Shown: positions 23,524 to 32,997 of the stretch, piece by piece
How positions within the stretch are numbered: position 1 is the first letter of the stretch
How the letters are laid out: each line of letters starts with the position of its first letter
Source: a virus
Lineage: Duplodnaviria; Caudoviricetes
Direction: 5' to 3' (one strand)
Virus record (IMG/VR): IMGVR_UViG_3300031655_000017
Location: 1-37,594 of that record
DNA length: 37,594 nt
The notes under the pieces: model-generated
The model's database searches: none
What the model saw: the letters and a program-made list of their open reading frames with translations, nothing else
What the model was told of the DNA's origin: nothing
Made by a program: the position numbers and the translations under genes

Positions 23524-26487
23524 CTACGCTTTGACTACGCCGGCAGTACTCTGCTGCCATTTAGGTAGTTTGAAGGAGAGCACCACACTACCGTCAGCGC
23601 GGGAGTATATAATCTTACCGTTAGGTAGCTGCTCAACTTGGGCAATCTTAGGCACCCCCGCGTCAGCGGCTGCGCGATTATACGCGCGCATACGCCGAGC
23701 CGCGTGGCCTTTAGATGCGTACCTCGTCTTACCCACCGTCACAACGGCGGTATCCAAAGTCTGCTTGAGGGCTTCTGCGAGTTTACCTTCTCGCACGGCG
23801 GTACGAATACCATCCATAGCCAATACCCCTGCCACCCCTGTGTTGTAGGTTAACTGAAGGATAGATGCTTGAACCGATTCCGGCAGCCCCGCGTACCCTG
23901 TCATATGTGTACTAAGTTTTTTATGGTCGTTGTTGACGACTAGCTCACGCGCCTTTTTATCGCTCATGGTATTGGGATCAACACCGGCCTGCTTCGCAAC
24001 CTCAACTTTGCGGGCCTTCGTCAGACCCCCCTCCAGAGTAGGAATACCATCGGTGGAGCCTGTGCCCTCATCCGCGAGAAGGTTGCTCAACACCATCGTC
24101 ACCGCGCCGCTAGGCTTCGCCGCATCATCCGTGCCATATACATTGGGGTCTAGCGGCAGTGGCCCGTTCAGATTCATCCCCTTCTCTACCTCACGAGCAC
24201 GGTCTTGATGCATACCCATTCTCTGTGGGTTACCTGGTTCCCGGATGTAGTAACTACCTGTGGCGTCTTGGAACAATTGCGTGCCAGGGGGTGAACCTGG
24301 GAAAAGCAAATCGTCAGGTATGACGTTCTTCGGATTTATGCCGTATTCCCCTTGGATAGGTTCAGGGTTGTCAGCTAGATTTGTAACCGTTACGGACCCC
24401 GCCACTGGCTCTGTGGATTGAAGACTGGACGCATTGCTCTCTGGTGTCAGCGACCTTCCGTGTGGTGAAAGTGTTGGCGGCTTGTCCAGTTCCATAGACT
24501 GAAGTATCGCAGCAGCGGCCTCTTGAGGTAGGCCAGACGCGCCACCAGCAGGTGTGCGATAGTAGTAGTTACCGTGAGAGTCCTGATACATCTTCGTACC
24601 AGAGGGCATACCCGGCAGCAGCGCGTCTTCAGGAATGACGTTGCCACCCTTACCACCGGATACCGACAAGGGGTCAGGGTCGTCTCCCAAGGGGGATACC
24701 GTGGCGGACCCTGCCTCTGGCTCTGTGGATTGAAGACTGGACGCATTGCTCTCTGGTGTTGATTGTGTAGATTCATCTGGGGTTTTACCGGTAGGCTGCA
24801 CCAGATAGTAACCGTCTTTATCGACAAACGCATCTACTTCATCGTTGACGCCGATTGCTTTAAACACTTCAACATGCTGACCCGGTATTGGGCGATTAAA
24901 CTCGTCCAGTATGTTGTACCAGAAGACATCCTTACCAGTGGCGTCCTTCTTGTGTAGCACTCGCTCGAAGGGTAAGGTTTTGACGGTTGGCTTCAATCTC
25001 TGAGCGCCACTACCGGTCGCCATCAGTATCTGACCGCTGGCGGTCATAATCCCATCGGGCATGTCATCAAAGTGACTGAAGGCAGGGTTCTGCGTGCGCA
25101 GCGCGTTATCTATCGCCGCGACTACCAGTTTATTCCCGGCCGCTTCTTTGACCGACCGGTCGGCGTCGGGTATCTTGTCAAACTCTTCGTGCAGTTCTAT
25201 ATACTCACGGAATACGCGTGACCGTTTACCTGCGTCCCAACCCTCATCGTCCGCCTTCTCGTTAATCGCTTGGGCGCCACGGTCGAACACGCTGATATTC
25301 CACATCCGCCCATATTTATTTTTAACATCGCTCGTTGCGCCGGCCTTATCCATTAGCATCTGCGCTGCCTCTTCAGTCCGACGCATGTAGTATTTAGCGG
25401 AGGTGGACGAGATGTAACCTTCAGCCACAAGACCACCCAAATTATTCTGGAAGCGTAGTATCTCCTCCAAGCTGGCAGAGGTTGTCATTTTGCCTTTCTT
25501 GCGTTTCATAGACATCGCGTTGTAATCGGAGAGAATGTTTGACTCGCTATCCGCTATCTCTGCTTCGGTTCGGTCTGGAATAACCCGGTCCCGCACTATC
25601 TGAAATAAGTGTTTGTACAGTTCATCTGATATCTTGGAGCGCAACCCTTCTAAGCCTTCGAGCGTAGTGATCTCACCACTCACCACAGCATCTAACGCTT
25701 GTGGATGATACGCAGCAAACTCGAATAGCTGTTTATTGAGCGCTTCCGTTTCCATACCATTGAGTCTTTTGAAGAGATCGTCCTCGAACTTCGTCATCTC
25801 GTCGTCTGTCAAAACACCCTCAAGCTCACCGGCAGCGAGAGCGCGCGAACCCTCCAGCGGGTTTTCTAACAAGCCATTCGCCAGGTTGGCGCGCCAAATA
25901 GGCAACTGCTCCAACATGAGCGCTTCCTTACCCGGATCACTGAGATTAGACACGTCGAGTATTCGACGGAAGTCAGCCTCGGCCGACACCATGTCACGTT
26001 GCCCCGCGTGCAACTCACTACCTATACCGAGAGCGATAGCGCGCATGTTGCCGAGATCAGCCTTGACGATCTCTGCCGCCTGGAAGTCACTGACGGTTTT
26101 TAGAGTGCTGTACCGGAACGTGTCAGCGGTGGCCGCGATAGCTTGCCTCTGAATATCGGTCATATTTTCAGTGAACGTGCCAAAGGCTTCGTCGAAAGCC
26201 ACGACCTGCTCATCAAAGACGTAAGGAGCGCCGGTACCTGCGTTGCGCATAGCCTCACCAGCGTCGCGATTTCGTTCTAACTTGAAATCCGACAGTTGCG
26301 CGTGCGCAGAGACCACGTCACGCTTGTCTTGTCGTACCTTGTGCTTCGCCACAGCGTCACTGAGCAGCGCGCCGCTGGTCTGTATAGCCGCGCCTATCTG
26401 ACCGCCGAAGTCAGCCGCTGACGCTTGAGGGATGTTGACGGGACCACCGACCTGGACGGGTGCATCATATGAGGTGAATTTACTCAT
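23524..26487 (-). CDS. Internal virion protein (gp15-like) with C-terminal lysozyme-like domain
   Basis: Synteny; LLADEG..DGIPT and LP..VQASILQLTYNTG motifs. Confidence 0.75.
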   Translation of the reverse strand: MSKFTSYDAPVQVGGPVNIPQASAADFGGQIGAAIQTSGALLSDAVAKHKVRQDKRDVVSAHAQLSDFKLERNRDAGEAMRNAGTGAPYVFDEQVVAFDEAFGTFTENMTDIQRQAIAATADTFRYSTLKTVSDFQAAEIVKADLGNMRAIALGIGSELHAGQRDMVSAEADFRRILDVSNLSDPGKEALMLEQLPIWRANLANGLLENPLEGSRALAAGELEGVLTDDEMTKFEDDLFKRLNGMETEALNKQLFEFAAYHPQALDAVVSGEITTLEGLEGLRSKISDELYKHLFQIVRDRVIPDRTEAEIADSESNILSDYNAMSMKRKKGKMTTSASLEEILRFQNNLGGLVAEGYISSTSAKYYMRRTEEAAQMLMDKAGATSDVKNKYGRMWNISVFDRGAQAINEKADDEGWDAGKRSRVFREYIELHEEFDKIPDADRSVKEAAGNKLVVAAIDNALRTQNPAFSHFDDMPDGIMTASGQILMATGSGAQRLKPTVKTLPFERVLHKKDATGKDVFWYNILDEFNRPIPGQHVEVFKAIGVNDEVDAFVDKDGYYLVQPTGKTPDESTQSTPESNASSLQSTEPEAGSATVSPLGDDPDPLSVSGGKGGNVIPEDALLPGMPSGTKMYQDSHGNYYYRTPAGGASGLPQEAAAAILQSMELDKPPTLSPHGRSLTPESNASSLQSTEPVAGSVTVTNLADNPEPIQGEYGINPKNVIPDDLLFPGSPPGTQLFQDATGSYYIREPGNPQRMGMHQDRAREVEKGMNLNGPLPLDPNVYGTDDAAKPSGAVTMVLSNLLADEGTGSTDGIPTLEGGLTKARKVEVAKQAGVDPNTMSDKKARELVVNNDHKKLSTHMTGYAGLPESVQASILQLTYNTGVAGVLAMDGIRTAVREGKLAEALKQTLDTAVVTVGKTRYASKGHAARRMRAYNRAAADAGVPKIAQVEQLPNGKIIYSRADGSVVLSFKLPKWQQSTAGVVKA
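24405..24759. repeat. 43-bp exact direct repeat (24405-24447 and 24717-24759), 312-bp period
   Basis: CTGGCTCTGTGGATTGAAGACTGGACGCATTGCTCTCTGGTGT occurs twice. Confidence 0.93.
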
Positions 26488-26927
26488 CCTACAGCTTTCG
26501 GAGCAGGTGTTTTTGCATCAAAGACTCCTGAATTAGAAGTTCCAGCAAGGAGAGTTGAGGCCGCACCAATATAGCCGGCAGTTTTCGCGTTCTTAGCCTT
26601 CGCGCGAGAGAGGGAAGCTGAAGTAGAGAAGCCCAACGCCGTCAACTCGCCCTGGTGCAGAACGTCTTGTATCGATAACTCCACTTCCGTGGCTTCATCT
26701 GCAATCACATCACCGGACAGGTCGTTAAGCCGTACCGTCGCCATGTGCTTTCGACCCAAACGACCTTGCCTCTTAGCGGACTCAGCCGCTGACGCGCGGG
26801 ACGCGATAGCGTTGTTGTTGGCGACCTGCGCGTTGAAGTTGGCCGCGTCAGACGCGGCTTTTCCCTGCTGTACAGCACCTACTGCGCTTATTACCGCACC
26901 TAATACTGCTACTTCTATACCTGACAT
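26484..26927 (-). CDS. Small internal virion protein (gp14-like)
   Basis: Hydrophobic Ala/Gly N-terminus, Q.KA...AA..NA; synteny. Confidence 0.75.
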   Translation of the reverse strand: MSGIEVAVLGAVISAVGAVQQGKAASDAANFNAQVANNNAIASRASAAESAKRQGRLGRKHMATVRLNDLSGDVIADEATEVELSIQDVLHQGELTALGFSTSASLSRAKAKNAKTAGYIGAASTLLAGTSNSGVFDAKTPAPKAVG

Positions 26928-27349
26928 GAAATCCTCGCATATAGCGCGCAGGCATGGCCGTCAGGCGCGTAGGCTTCCATCCGCTCCGCTTCCATCTTGA
27001 AACCAAGCATTCGCGCCCAGCGGTGTGCTGCCGGCACATGGCAGTCAACTGTCAACTCTACGCGCCGCTCGGGCAGGCTTGAGAGGAATTTTTGCACGGC
27101 GCGGTGTATTTTTAAGAAGTTGCGGGGGCCAGTGTCCGAGAGGAACGACCACACCATAGCGCGGTTCTCCCACATCGGGATAGCACCGCCAGCACCCAGC
27201 ACGGTGTCATCGTCCATAGCAGTATAGCTGGGGTGCTGCGCCAACGAAGCGGCCTGCTCGACCGTCACCCAATCGTTGAGGTACGCCTGCGAGCTTTGCA
27301 GTTTTATCTGAGCCAGGTGCGCCGCTTGAAAGGGTAGAATATGAAACAT
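26915..27349 (-). CDS. GNAT-like protein (gp13 position)
   Basis: RRVELTVDC...A.RWARMLGF..E, Y.PDG....LYAR. Confidence 0.7.
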   Translation of the reverse strand: MFHILPFQAAHLAQIKLQSSQAYLNDWVTVEQAASLAQHPSYTAMDDDTVLGAGGAIPMWENRAMVWSFLSDTGPRNFLKIHRAVQKFLSSLPERRVELTVDCHVPAAHRWARMLGFKMEAERMEAYAPDGHACALYARISCQV

Positions 27350-29871
27350 TACCCGTCCTGTGTGTGCAAGTGAGGCATTACTGCCGAAATGGTAACCGGC
27401 AGAGGTTGGGTCTGCCGGTAGAAAACATGGTTGTCGCTACTGTACTCACCGTCCCAGTCGAACTCTACGTCCCCGCTAAAAAACGCTACTGCGGCATCCA
27501 TAGAATCACCGCCTGCCCGAAACACTATATCGTCTAGATTATCCGCATCAGGGCCAACGGAACCGCCCAGTGTCTCGTGAAAGCGCATGATGACTTGCTG
27601 GAACCTGTTAACCTTACCCTGCGCCGTACCTGTGGCCGAGCCAGCTTCAGTGCGTAGTGTTTGGAAATCAGAGGTAAAACCCAAACCAACATGCGCCTTG
27701 GAGGTAGGGTAGTTTAAAGTAACGGCGCCCGACGCCACCGTCTTATTAGGATGGACGGCGCCTTCAGTCAGGATGGAAACACTCTGTCCTTCAAGATGCG
27801 ACAACCCCGACAGCGTGGACACCCGCGCGCGCACCTTACCGTCGGAGACGTAGGCGGTAAAGTTGTCCGTGTCAGATGTGTCAATAGCATGATGGATGTC
27901 ACCAGCAGAGGTATATGTCGAATAGCCTGTGCCATTTATACCAGATAACTCAAAAGTATTGGCGGTCTTGTTGGCTACAGTAAAGCCTTTACCGTTGAGT
28001 TGGGTCATGCCGACGACGTTTCGGATCATAATCTCATCCGTATTAGACAAGCCATGCGCGACGGCGGTAATCACAACCGGGTTTGCACTTGTTGCACCGG
28101 ATATCTGCACGGCCTGTTTTGTATTACTGAACAGCTCAAAAGTGTTGGTGGCACTCTGCCCTATCCTATATGGCACCTTGTTGGCCTCTGTCATACCGAC
28201 GATGTCGGTCATGCGTATCTCAGCGCCATCGGCAATAGAATGTGAAGCAGCGGTCACGACAGCAGGGTCGGCCGCAGTGATGCCGGTGATAGTGACAGGG
28301 TTGTTGAGTGAAAGCCCGCTGTCTATGTAGAAAGCGTCTTCGGGATCGTAGGTTTCATCCCAAAACGGTTTGATGTGCTCTATGTAGCGCACTGTGCCGC
28401 CGTTAATGTAGCGGTTCACAACGAGGTAAACCTCATCAGCGTCACCGGCGGGATTGGGGATGACAGCAACACTCTCGACTTTAGCTTGGGTGGTGCCGGC
28501 ATCGCTGACGCCCCCGACAACATGCCGGCTCCACCCCACGACCTTTTGGTCGCGCTCATAGGTCAGAGCAATCAACGTACCGTCACCCAGAACGCACCAT
28601 AGCACGCTCTGCGGTTCTCGTTGATAGGCCATCTGCACGATGCCGGTGCGGGAGATGTGCTCCGCAACCAGCGTCAGATCAGGCGCTCTGAATCCATCAT
28701 CCTCGAATATAAAGGCTAATTCTCGAATTTTCCGTAACGCCTTTTGAACAAACAATATTACCTTGCCGGCTCGCTTCGGTTCAACAGCGCCGCTACCGTA
28801 GCCGGTAGAGCGCGCGCTCTTGACGTTAGAGGGTGTCAACAACGTGCTGGTGTCAGAGGGTCGTGAGACCCACTCAGCTTCGAAAGTGCCCAGCAATAAC
28901 CCTTTCTCGTCACTCATCATCCATCGGATGGGATCGACCGTGTCACCCGACAAGGAATCGGTCACAGCGCTATCGTCCAAAACAGTCCCGTCAGTGTCGG
29001 TCGGCGCCATGTTCTCGAAGTCACCGCTGACAGACAAGTCGTAGCGTAGTGGAAAGTCAGTTGTGCCAGCAAAACCTAGCCGGTTCTGATGAAACCCCAC
29101 CACCGAAGGGTAACCAGTGGTCGCTGAGTACAACCCCAACCGCCAGTGTATTGTCGCCGTCGTAGCTGATGCGTCGGGGCCGTCGATTGCGGCGGTCACG
29201 CTGGTCGTGTTGGCGCGTGCCGTAATAGTGAGATATGTCCAGTTACCGGCTGCGTCCTTCCAACGGATCAGCCGCCCGATGTCTGAAGCCTGAAAACCAG
29301 TGCCGCCATTAATACCGGTTACCGCCGACGCTGTAACCGTCACAGAACCGGTAGTACCAGACAAACCCAACGTAGTCGTTGTGCTGTTAGTGACCAGATA
29401 TGGCCCATCTATGAACGTCACATTCGTAATCGACCACGCCGTGTCGGAGGTGCGGCTCATCTTGCGCGGCGGGTAGGATTTATGTGTGATGTATAACAGG
29501 TCGGCGCTTTGCGCGAAGCGGAGATTAAACAGATCAGCAGTCAGATATGTAGTCGTCAATTCAATCGGTGAGCCGGTGTCAATCTGCGCCCGGTCTTTGA
29601 TGAAGCGGGCATACAGGTTACCAAACTCAATAATATAAGCCTGCGAGGACGAGAACACGAACTCCTTGATCAGGGTGGACAGGCTATTTGTCTTGACACC
29701 AATAATATGTTTCGTGCCAGGTCGACGCTCAATTGGCCCCTGTACTAGCGGGACCATGTTTAAACAGGTTTGCAGGCCCGTCTTGTAGCGGTCTACATCA
29801 GGACGGCCGTACAACAGAGGCGATATTTCACCTCCGTTAAAATTATTTTGAATAGGGTCAGCGCGGGGCAT
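27349..29871 (-). CDS. Tail tubular protein B (nozzle) with FCCH-like insertions
   Basis: Q.NF.GGEISP.L.GR.D, YPS.V.F.QNRL.F, V.GW.RH. Confidence 0.9.
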   Translation of the reverse strand: MPRADPIQNNFNGGEISPLLYGRPDVDRYKTGLQTCLNMVPLVQGPIERRPGTKHIIGVKTNSLSTLIKEFVFSSSQAYIIEFGNLYARFIKDRAQIDTGSPIELTTTYLTADLFNLRFAQSADLLYITHKSYPPRKMSRTSDTAWSITNVTFIDGPYLVTNSTTTTLGLSGTTGSVTVTASAVTGINGGTGFQASDIGRLIRWKDAAGNWTYLTITARANTTSVTAAIDGPDASATTATIHWRLGLYSATTGYPSVVGFHQNRLGFAGTTDFPLRYDLSVSGDFENMAPTDTDGTVLDDSAVTDSLSGDTVDPIRWMMSDEKGLLLGTFEAEWVSRPSDTSTLLTPSNVKSARSTGYGSGAVEPKRAGKVILFVQKALRKIRELAFIFEDDGFRAPDLTLVAEHISRTGIVQMAYQREPQSVLWCVLGDGTLIALTYERDQKVVGWSRHVVGGVSDAGTTQAKVESVAVIPNPAGDADEVYLVVNRYINGGTVRYIEHIKPFWDETYDPEDAFYIDSGLSLNNPVTITGITAADPAVVTAASHSIADGAEIRMTDIVGMTEANKVPYRIGQSATNTFELFSNTKQAVQISGATSANPVVITAVAHGLSNTDEIMIRNVVGMTQLNGKGFTVANKTANTFELSGINGTGYSTYTSAGDIHHAIDTSDTDNFTAYVSDGKVRARVSTLSGLSHLEGQSVSILTEGAVHPNKTVASGAVTLNYPTSKAHVGLGFTSDFQTLRTEAGSATGTAQGKVNRFQQVIMRFHETLGGSVGPDADNLDDIVFRAGGDSMDAAVAFFSGDVEFDWDGEYSSDNHVFYRQTQPLPVTISAVMPHLHTQDG

Positions 29872-29872
29872 C

Positions 29873-30448
29873 TCAGTTCCTCGCCGTTACCCACTCATCC
29901 TCGGGCGGCTCTGTCGGAGGTTTCTCAAAACTGTTGGTCTTACGTGCCATATTCCGCGCAGCTATATACTCGGCGCGCGCTAATTCACGTTTCTTATTAG
30001 ATTGTGTGACTTTCTCGCAGACATCGTTGGCAATACGTTTTACCAGCAAGTCTTTAAAGCATTGATCCATCTGCTCAACATCGGTAACGCGCTGCACGTA
30101 GATCAGGTTAATTGGGGAGGCGTGATCTGTGTGGATGTATCGGCCAAAGGTTTGGAAGTCATCTTGCATAGATGATCCATCCTGGCCCTCGGTCGGTAAA
30201 ATACGCAAGCAGTCTGAAGGTTTCAGATAACGCTTGGCCGCACCGAAAGTTGGGTTTGTAGAATCAGCCGCAATCTGGACTTGCGCGCGCGCAAAGCCCC
30301 ATTGGTGTGAACGCAGCTCAGTATCCCGTGCATGTTCATAGACGCGATTACAAGCCTTCGCCGCAGTGGAGTTCTGGGTGAGGCTTGTAATTGAGTTGGA
30401 GCCTAAACCTTGTAGCGCAAGATTACATAAACTAACGGCGTCGGCCAT
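29873..30448 (-). CDS. Tail tubular protein A (adaptor)
   Basis: CNLAL..LG...I.SL, H.W.FA, Y..PSDCLR. Confidence 0.9.
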   Translation of the reverse strand: MADAVSLCNLALQGLGSNSITSLTQNSTAAKACNRVYEHARDTELRSHQWGFARAQVQIAADSTNPTFGAAKRYLKPSDCLRILPTEGQDGSSMQDDFQTFGRYIHTDHASPINLIYVQRVTDVEQMDQCFKDLLVKRIANDVCEKVTQSNKKRELARAEYIAARNMARKTNSFEKPPTEPPEDEWVTARN

Positions 30449-30484
30449 AGGTTAACTCCCAGGTTGGTACCGCAGGATAGAAGT

Positions 30485-30510
30485 GGGGGAGGGCGCTATA
30501 GCCCTCCCCC
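30485..30510 (-). terminator. GC hairpin after the capsid/decoration genes (weak U-tract)
   Basis: GGGGGAGGGC / GCCCTCCCCC 10-bp stem, 6 nt after the stop. Confidence 0.55.
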
Positions 30511-30516
30511 GTAGTG

Positions 30517-30978
30517 TTAGTCAACGACGTACATCATCGTCAATTCTATCGTGCCTGTAGCAGCAGCACCAGCAGTAACTACGGTGATCGGGATGCCAAC
30601 ATCGTTTGCATCCACGACCGAGTTACGACCAAGCGCCGAAGTAGCCGCAATACCCACGGTGGCGATTGCGGTAGAGGCAGCAGCAGCTTTATATTCATCA
30701 ACGTCTAAAGCTACGACCGTACCTGCGGAGTTCACATAAGCCGCGTGGCCCACTGAAACCGTAGTTGAACTGCCGAGAGCATCATGTACGACCTCACCCG
30801 ACAATATCCGTGCGCCATTCGGAAGATTGAACATTTCAATCGGACCGACTGCCAGAGACGCCGCTTCTGCTGAAGCGTAGGCAATACGGATTCGACCAGC
30901 CTGCTCGCTAGGCTTGATCATGGTCGTGGGACTGTTTTGGTCCCACTTCGTCTTTTGAGCGCTATAAGTAGTAGCCAT
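30517..30978 (-). CDS. Putative capsid decoration/cement protein
   Basis: Follows the MCP with strong GGAGGG SD; LP.GARIL, G.I.L...YVVD beta-rich pattern. Confidence 0.65.
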   Translation of the reverse strand: MATTYSAQKTKWDQNSPTTMIKPSEQAGRIRIAYASAEAASLAVGPIEMFNLPNGARILSGEVVHDALGSSTTVSVGHAAYVNSAGTVVALDVDEYKAAAASTAIATVGIAATSALGRNSVVDANDVGIPITVVTAGAAATGTIELTMMYVVD

Positions 30979-30991
30979 TATCTATACCCTC

Positions 30992-31858
30992 CTATGCTTC
31001 TGAGCAGGTTATGGCGACGACTTTTTCCTCTTCAAGGCGGGTGGCACCAAACGTGCCTTTTACGTAAACCTGCGTTGAATTGGATTTGTCAGGGCGCTTA
31101 TCGATCTGCACGTCGATATCATCCCAGATACCAAGATGTAGACCAGATTTCGCCCAACACACGACCGTGCGATCTGTACCAGAAAGCGCCAGACGTTGGC
31201 TGTCGACAAAGTTGAAGCCCATAAAGGATTTGATGCGGCCATCGACCAGCACCGGTTTAGTGGTGAAATCCAAGCTGATCGCCTGGGTTTGACCGAGCAG
31301 ATCATCATGCTGTTGTGCACCAATGGCGCAGAACATAGGCTCGACATCCACATTCACCTCGGCTGCGATGAACAACTGCATCGCCTCACGAAGTTTAGCT
31401 ACCGTCAGACCACCGGCAGTAGTGCCGGCCGTTTGGCCTGCCGGAAAGGCCGTAGTAGTAGTGCCATCTTCACCGGTAAGTGAGGATGCCGTAGCTGCGG
31501 TGATGATAAGATCATCCATCGCACGGCCGAGCGACATTGCGCCATTAACAGCATATGGCGAGGTCGGGTCGGCAATGGTACGGAGTTTATCAGCGTCATC
31601 GATGAGATCGGCCCATTCATAATCGGATGGGAAAACCCAACGGCGATCATGGGGAGTCTCAATAAGTGGCGTATCGGCATGGCGAGTGGTACGCTTCTGC
31701 GCAGTCACGGCACCAATTTGATTTACGGCAGCACCGGATTTGCCATGATAGGAATCTTCCACGACCATTCCGCGAAACCGCGAGCCTTGCTGCTGAAGAA
31801 GCAACTCGACTGTAGATTTGTAGTCAATTACTGACCAATCTAAGATTTCATTTGACAT
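30992..31858 (-). CDS. Major capsid protein
   Basis: LLQQ.GSR.R, WADLID..DKLR..DPTS.Y, GRAMDDLII, FMGFNF, GATRLEE. Confidence 0.92.
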   Translation of the reverse strand: MSNEILDWSVIDYKSTVELLLQQQGSRFRGMVVEDSYHGKSGAAVNQIGAVTAQKRTTRHADTPLIETPHDRRWVFPSDYEWADLIDDADKLRTIADPTSPYAVNGAMSLGRAMDDLIITAATASSLTGEDGTTTTAFPAGQTAGTTAGGLTVAKLREAMQLFIAAEVNVDVEPMFCAIGAQQHDDLLGQTQAISLDFTTKPVLVDGRIKSFMGFNFVDSQRLALSGTDRTVVCWAKSGLHLGIWDDIDVQIDKRPDKSNSTQVYVKGTFGATRLEEEKVVAITCSEA

Positions 31859-31892
31859 GAGGATAGCCCCCTCTTCTGTCGGTTAAAACAAA

Positions 31893-31994
31893 AGCTACAG
31901 GCTTGCCCGGAAGCCGGGGCCAACTACTAAGGCTGCGTCATAGCCGGCCCTTGCGGGTTACCGGCGGAACCGTTTCGACACCGCCAACATGACG
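31893..31994 (-). ncRNA. Candidate structured 5' leader of the capsid mRNA
   Basis: Outer stem CGTCAT/ATGACG enclosing GGCGG/CCGCC and CCGG-taa-CCC-gcaa-GGG-CCGG; then GGC-CCCGG-ctt-CCGGG-caa-GCC. Confidence 0.5.
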
Positions 31995-32014
31995 ATGCGC
32001 TCATTCAATATGTG

Positions 32015-32046
32015 ACAATATTACATCAGTTGCTTAAATACAACAA
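32015..32046 (-). promoter_or_regulatory. Putative promoter for the capsid operon
   Basis: TTGTTG-17-TAATAT or TTGTAT-17-TATTGT, directly upstream of the leader. Confidence 0.45.
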
Positions 32047-32056
32047 CCAAATTCGC

Positions 32057-32110
32057 TCATTTCATTGGCGGACGTGGTTTCCTGGGCTTCTTCTTCGTTC
32101 CGTATGACAT
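32057..32110 (-). CDS. 17-aa basic peptide
   Basis: MSYGTKKKPRKPRPPMK with AGGAG SD 8 nt upstream. Confidence 0.6.
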   Translation of the reverse strand: MSYGTKKKPRKPRPPMK

Positions 32111-32130
32111 GGATTTAACTCCTATTAGTA

Positions 32131-32997
32131 TTACCCGGCGATGCCCGACGCGAGACGACTGAGGGCGGCTTTCTTTTCAACTGCTGCTTTATGGCCGGGG
32201 TGCATTCTATCCACCCACGCGTCCATAAATTCTTTATTACCGGTCAGTTCACTCAGCGCAAGGGCTGCTGACGACGGGGTCAGTGGCCCACCAGAACTGC
32301 CGCCGTCACCTTCAATATGACCATCCTCGCCCATCTTGGCGCCAAGACTATCAATAAACTTCATAGCGCCGGCTGGCCCCATACTGGCCTTCAGACCGGC
32401 TAGTTGTTCCGTGGTCATACCCAGCGCCACGGCGGTGTTGTCCACACCCTTCGTCTTATCATCGAACGCGGCGCCCCACTCTTTCTGCAACGCGGCAGTC
32501 TCGTTCGTGGCGTTCAGCGCGTTTGAATCAGCAGTAGTCTGAGCGGTAGAGCCGACAAACTCCCCCCATTTCTCGGCAAGGTAGTTGGTCTGTTTGTTGG
32601 TTAATCCAGCCTCAAAGAAGGTATCACCAGCCCATTGCGCGAATGCGCCGTTTTCTCCTTCTGGTGCAGCGAGGTTATATCCAGCGGCGTCTTCCGGCCG
32701 ACCGAGTTTTGTATAGAAGTCTCCGGCCTGTTCAGGTGTGGCATCGTCCCCCAATAGTGTAACCGTGCGGCCAGCCTTATCGGCGCCAACGACTTTCTCC
32801 AGGTTGTGATAACTCTTGACGACATCTTCAAAGCTCCCACTGCGCATTGACTTGGCCTCGGCCCAGTCACGGGTCTCACCCACTTCCAATGAGTCCATCC
32901 AATGATTCTCCACAGGCGCGGCAGCAGGTTCAAGGGGGGCAGCAGCCGGTTCAGGGGCCGCAGCAGGTGCGGGTGCAGGGGCGGGGGCATCAGCCAT
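32131..32997 (-). CDS. Capsid scaffolding protein
   Basis: AP-rich N-terminus, KSY.NLEK..G, LGRPE...Y, L.KEWG..FD; synteny. Confidence 0.85.
   Translation of the reverse strand: MADAPAPAPAPAAAPEPAAAPLEPAAAPVENHWMDSLEVGETRDWAEAKSMRSGSFEDVVKSYHNLEKVVGADKAGRTVTLLGDDATPEQAGDFYTKLGRPEDAAGYNLAAPEGENGAFAQWAGDTFFEAGLTNKQTNYLAEKWGEFVGSTAQTTADSNALNATNETAALQKEWGAAFDDKTKGVDNTAVALGMTTEQLAGLKASMGPAGAMKFIDSLGAKMGEDGHIEGDGGSSGGPLTPSSAALALSELTGNKEFMDAWVDRMHPGHKAAVEKKAALSRLASGIAG

Noticed and set aside
30979-30994. T7 gp10B-like capsid frameshift or readthrough
   Set aside because: The downstream gene is out of frame for readthrough, has its own strong SD, and no slippery sequence is evident
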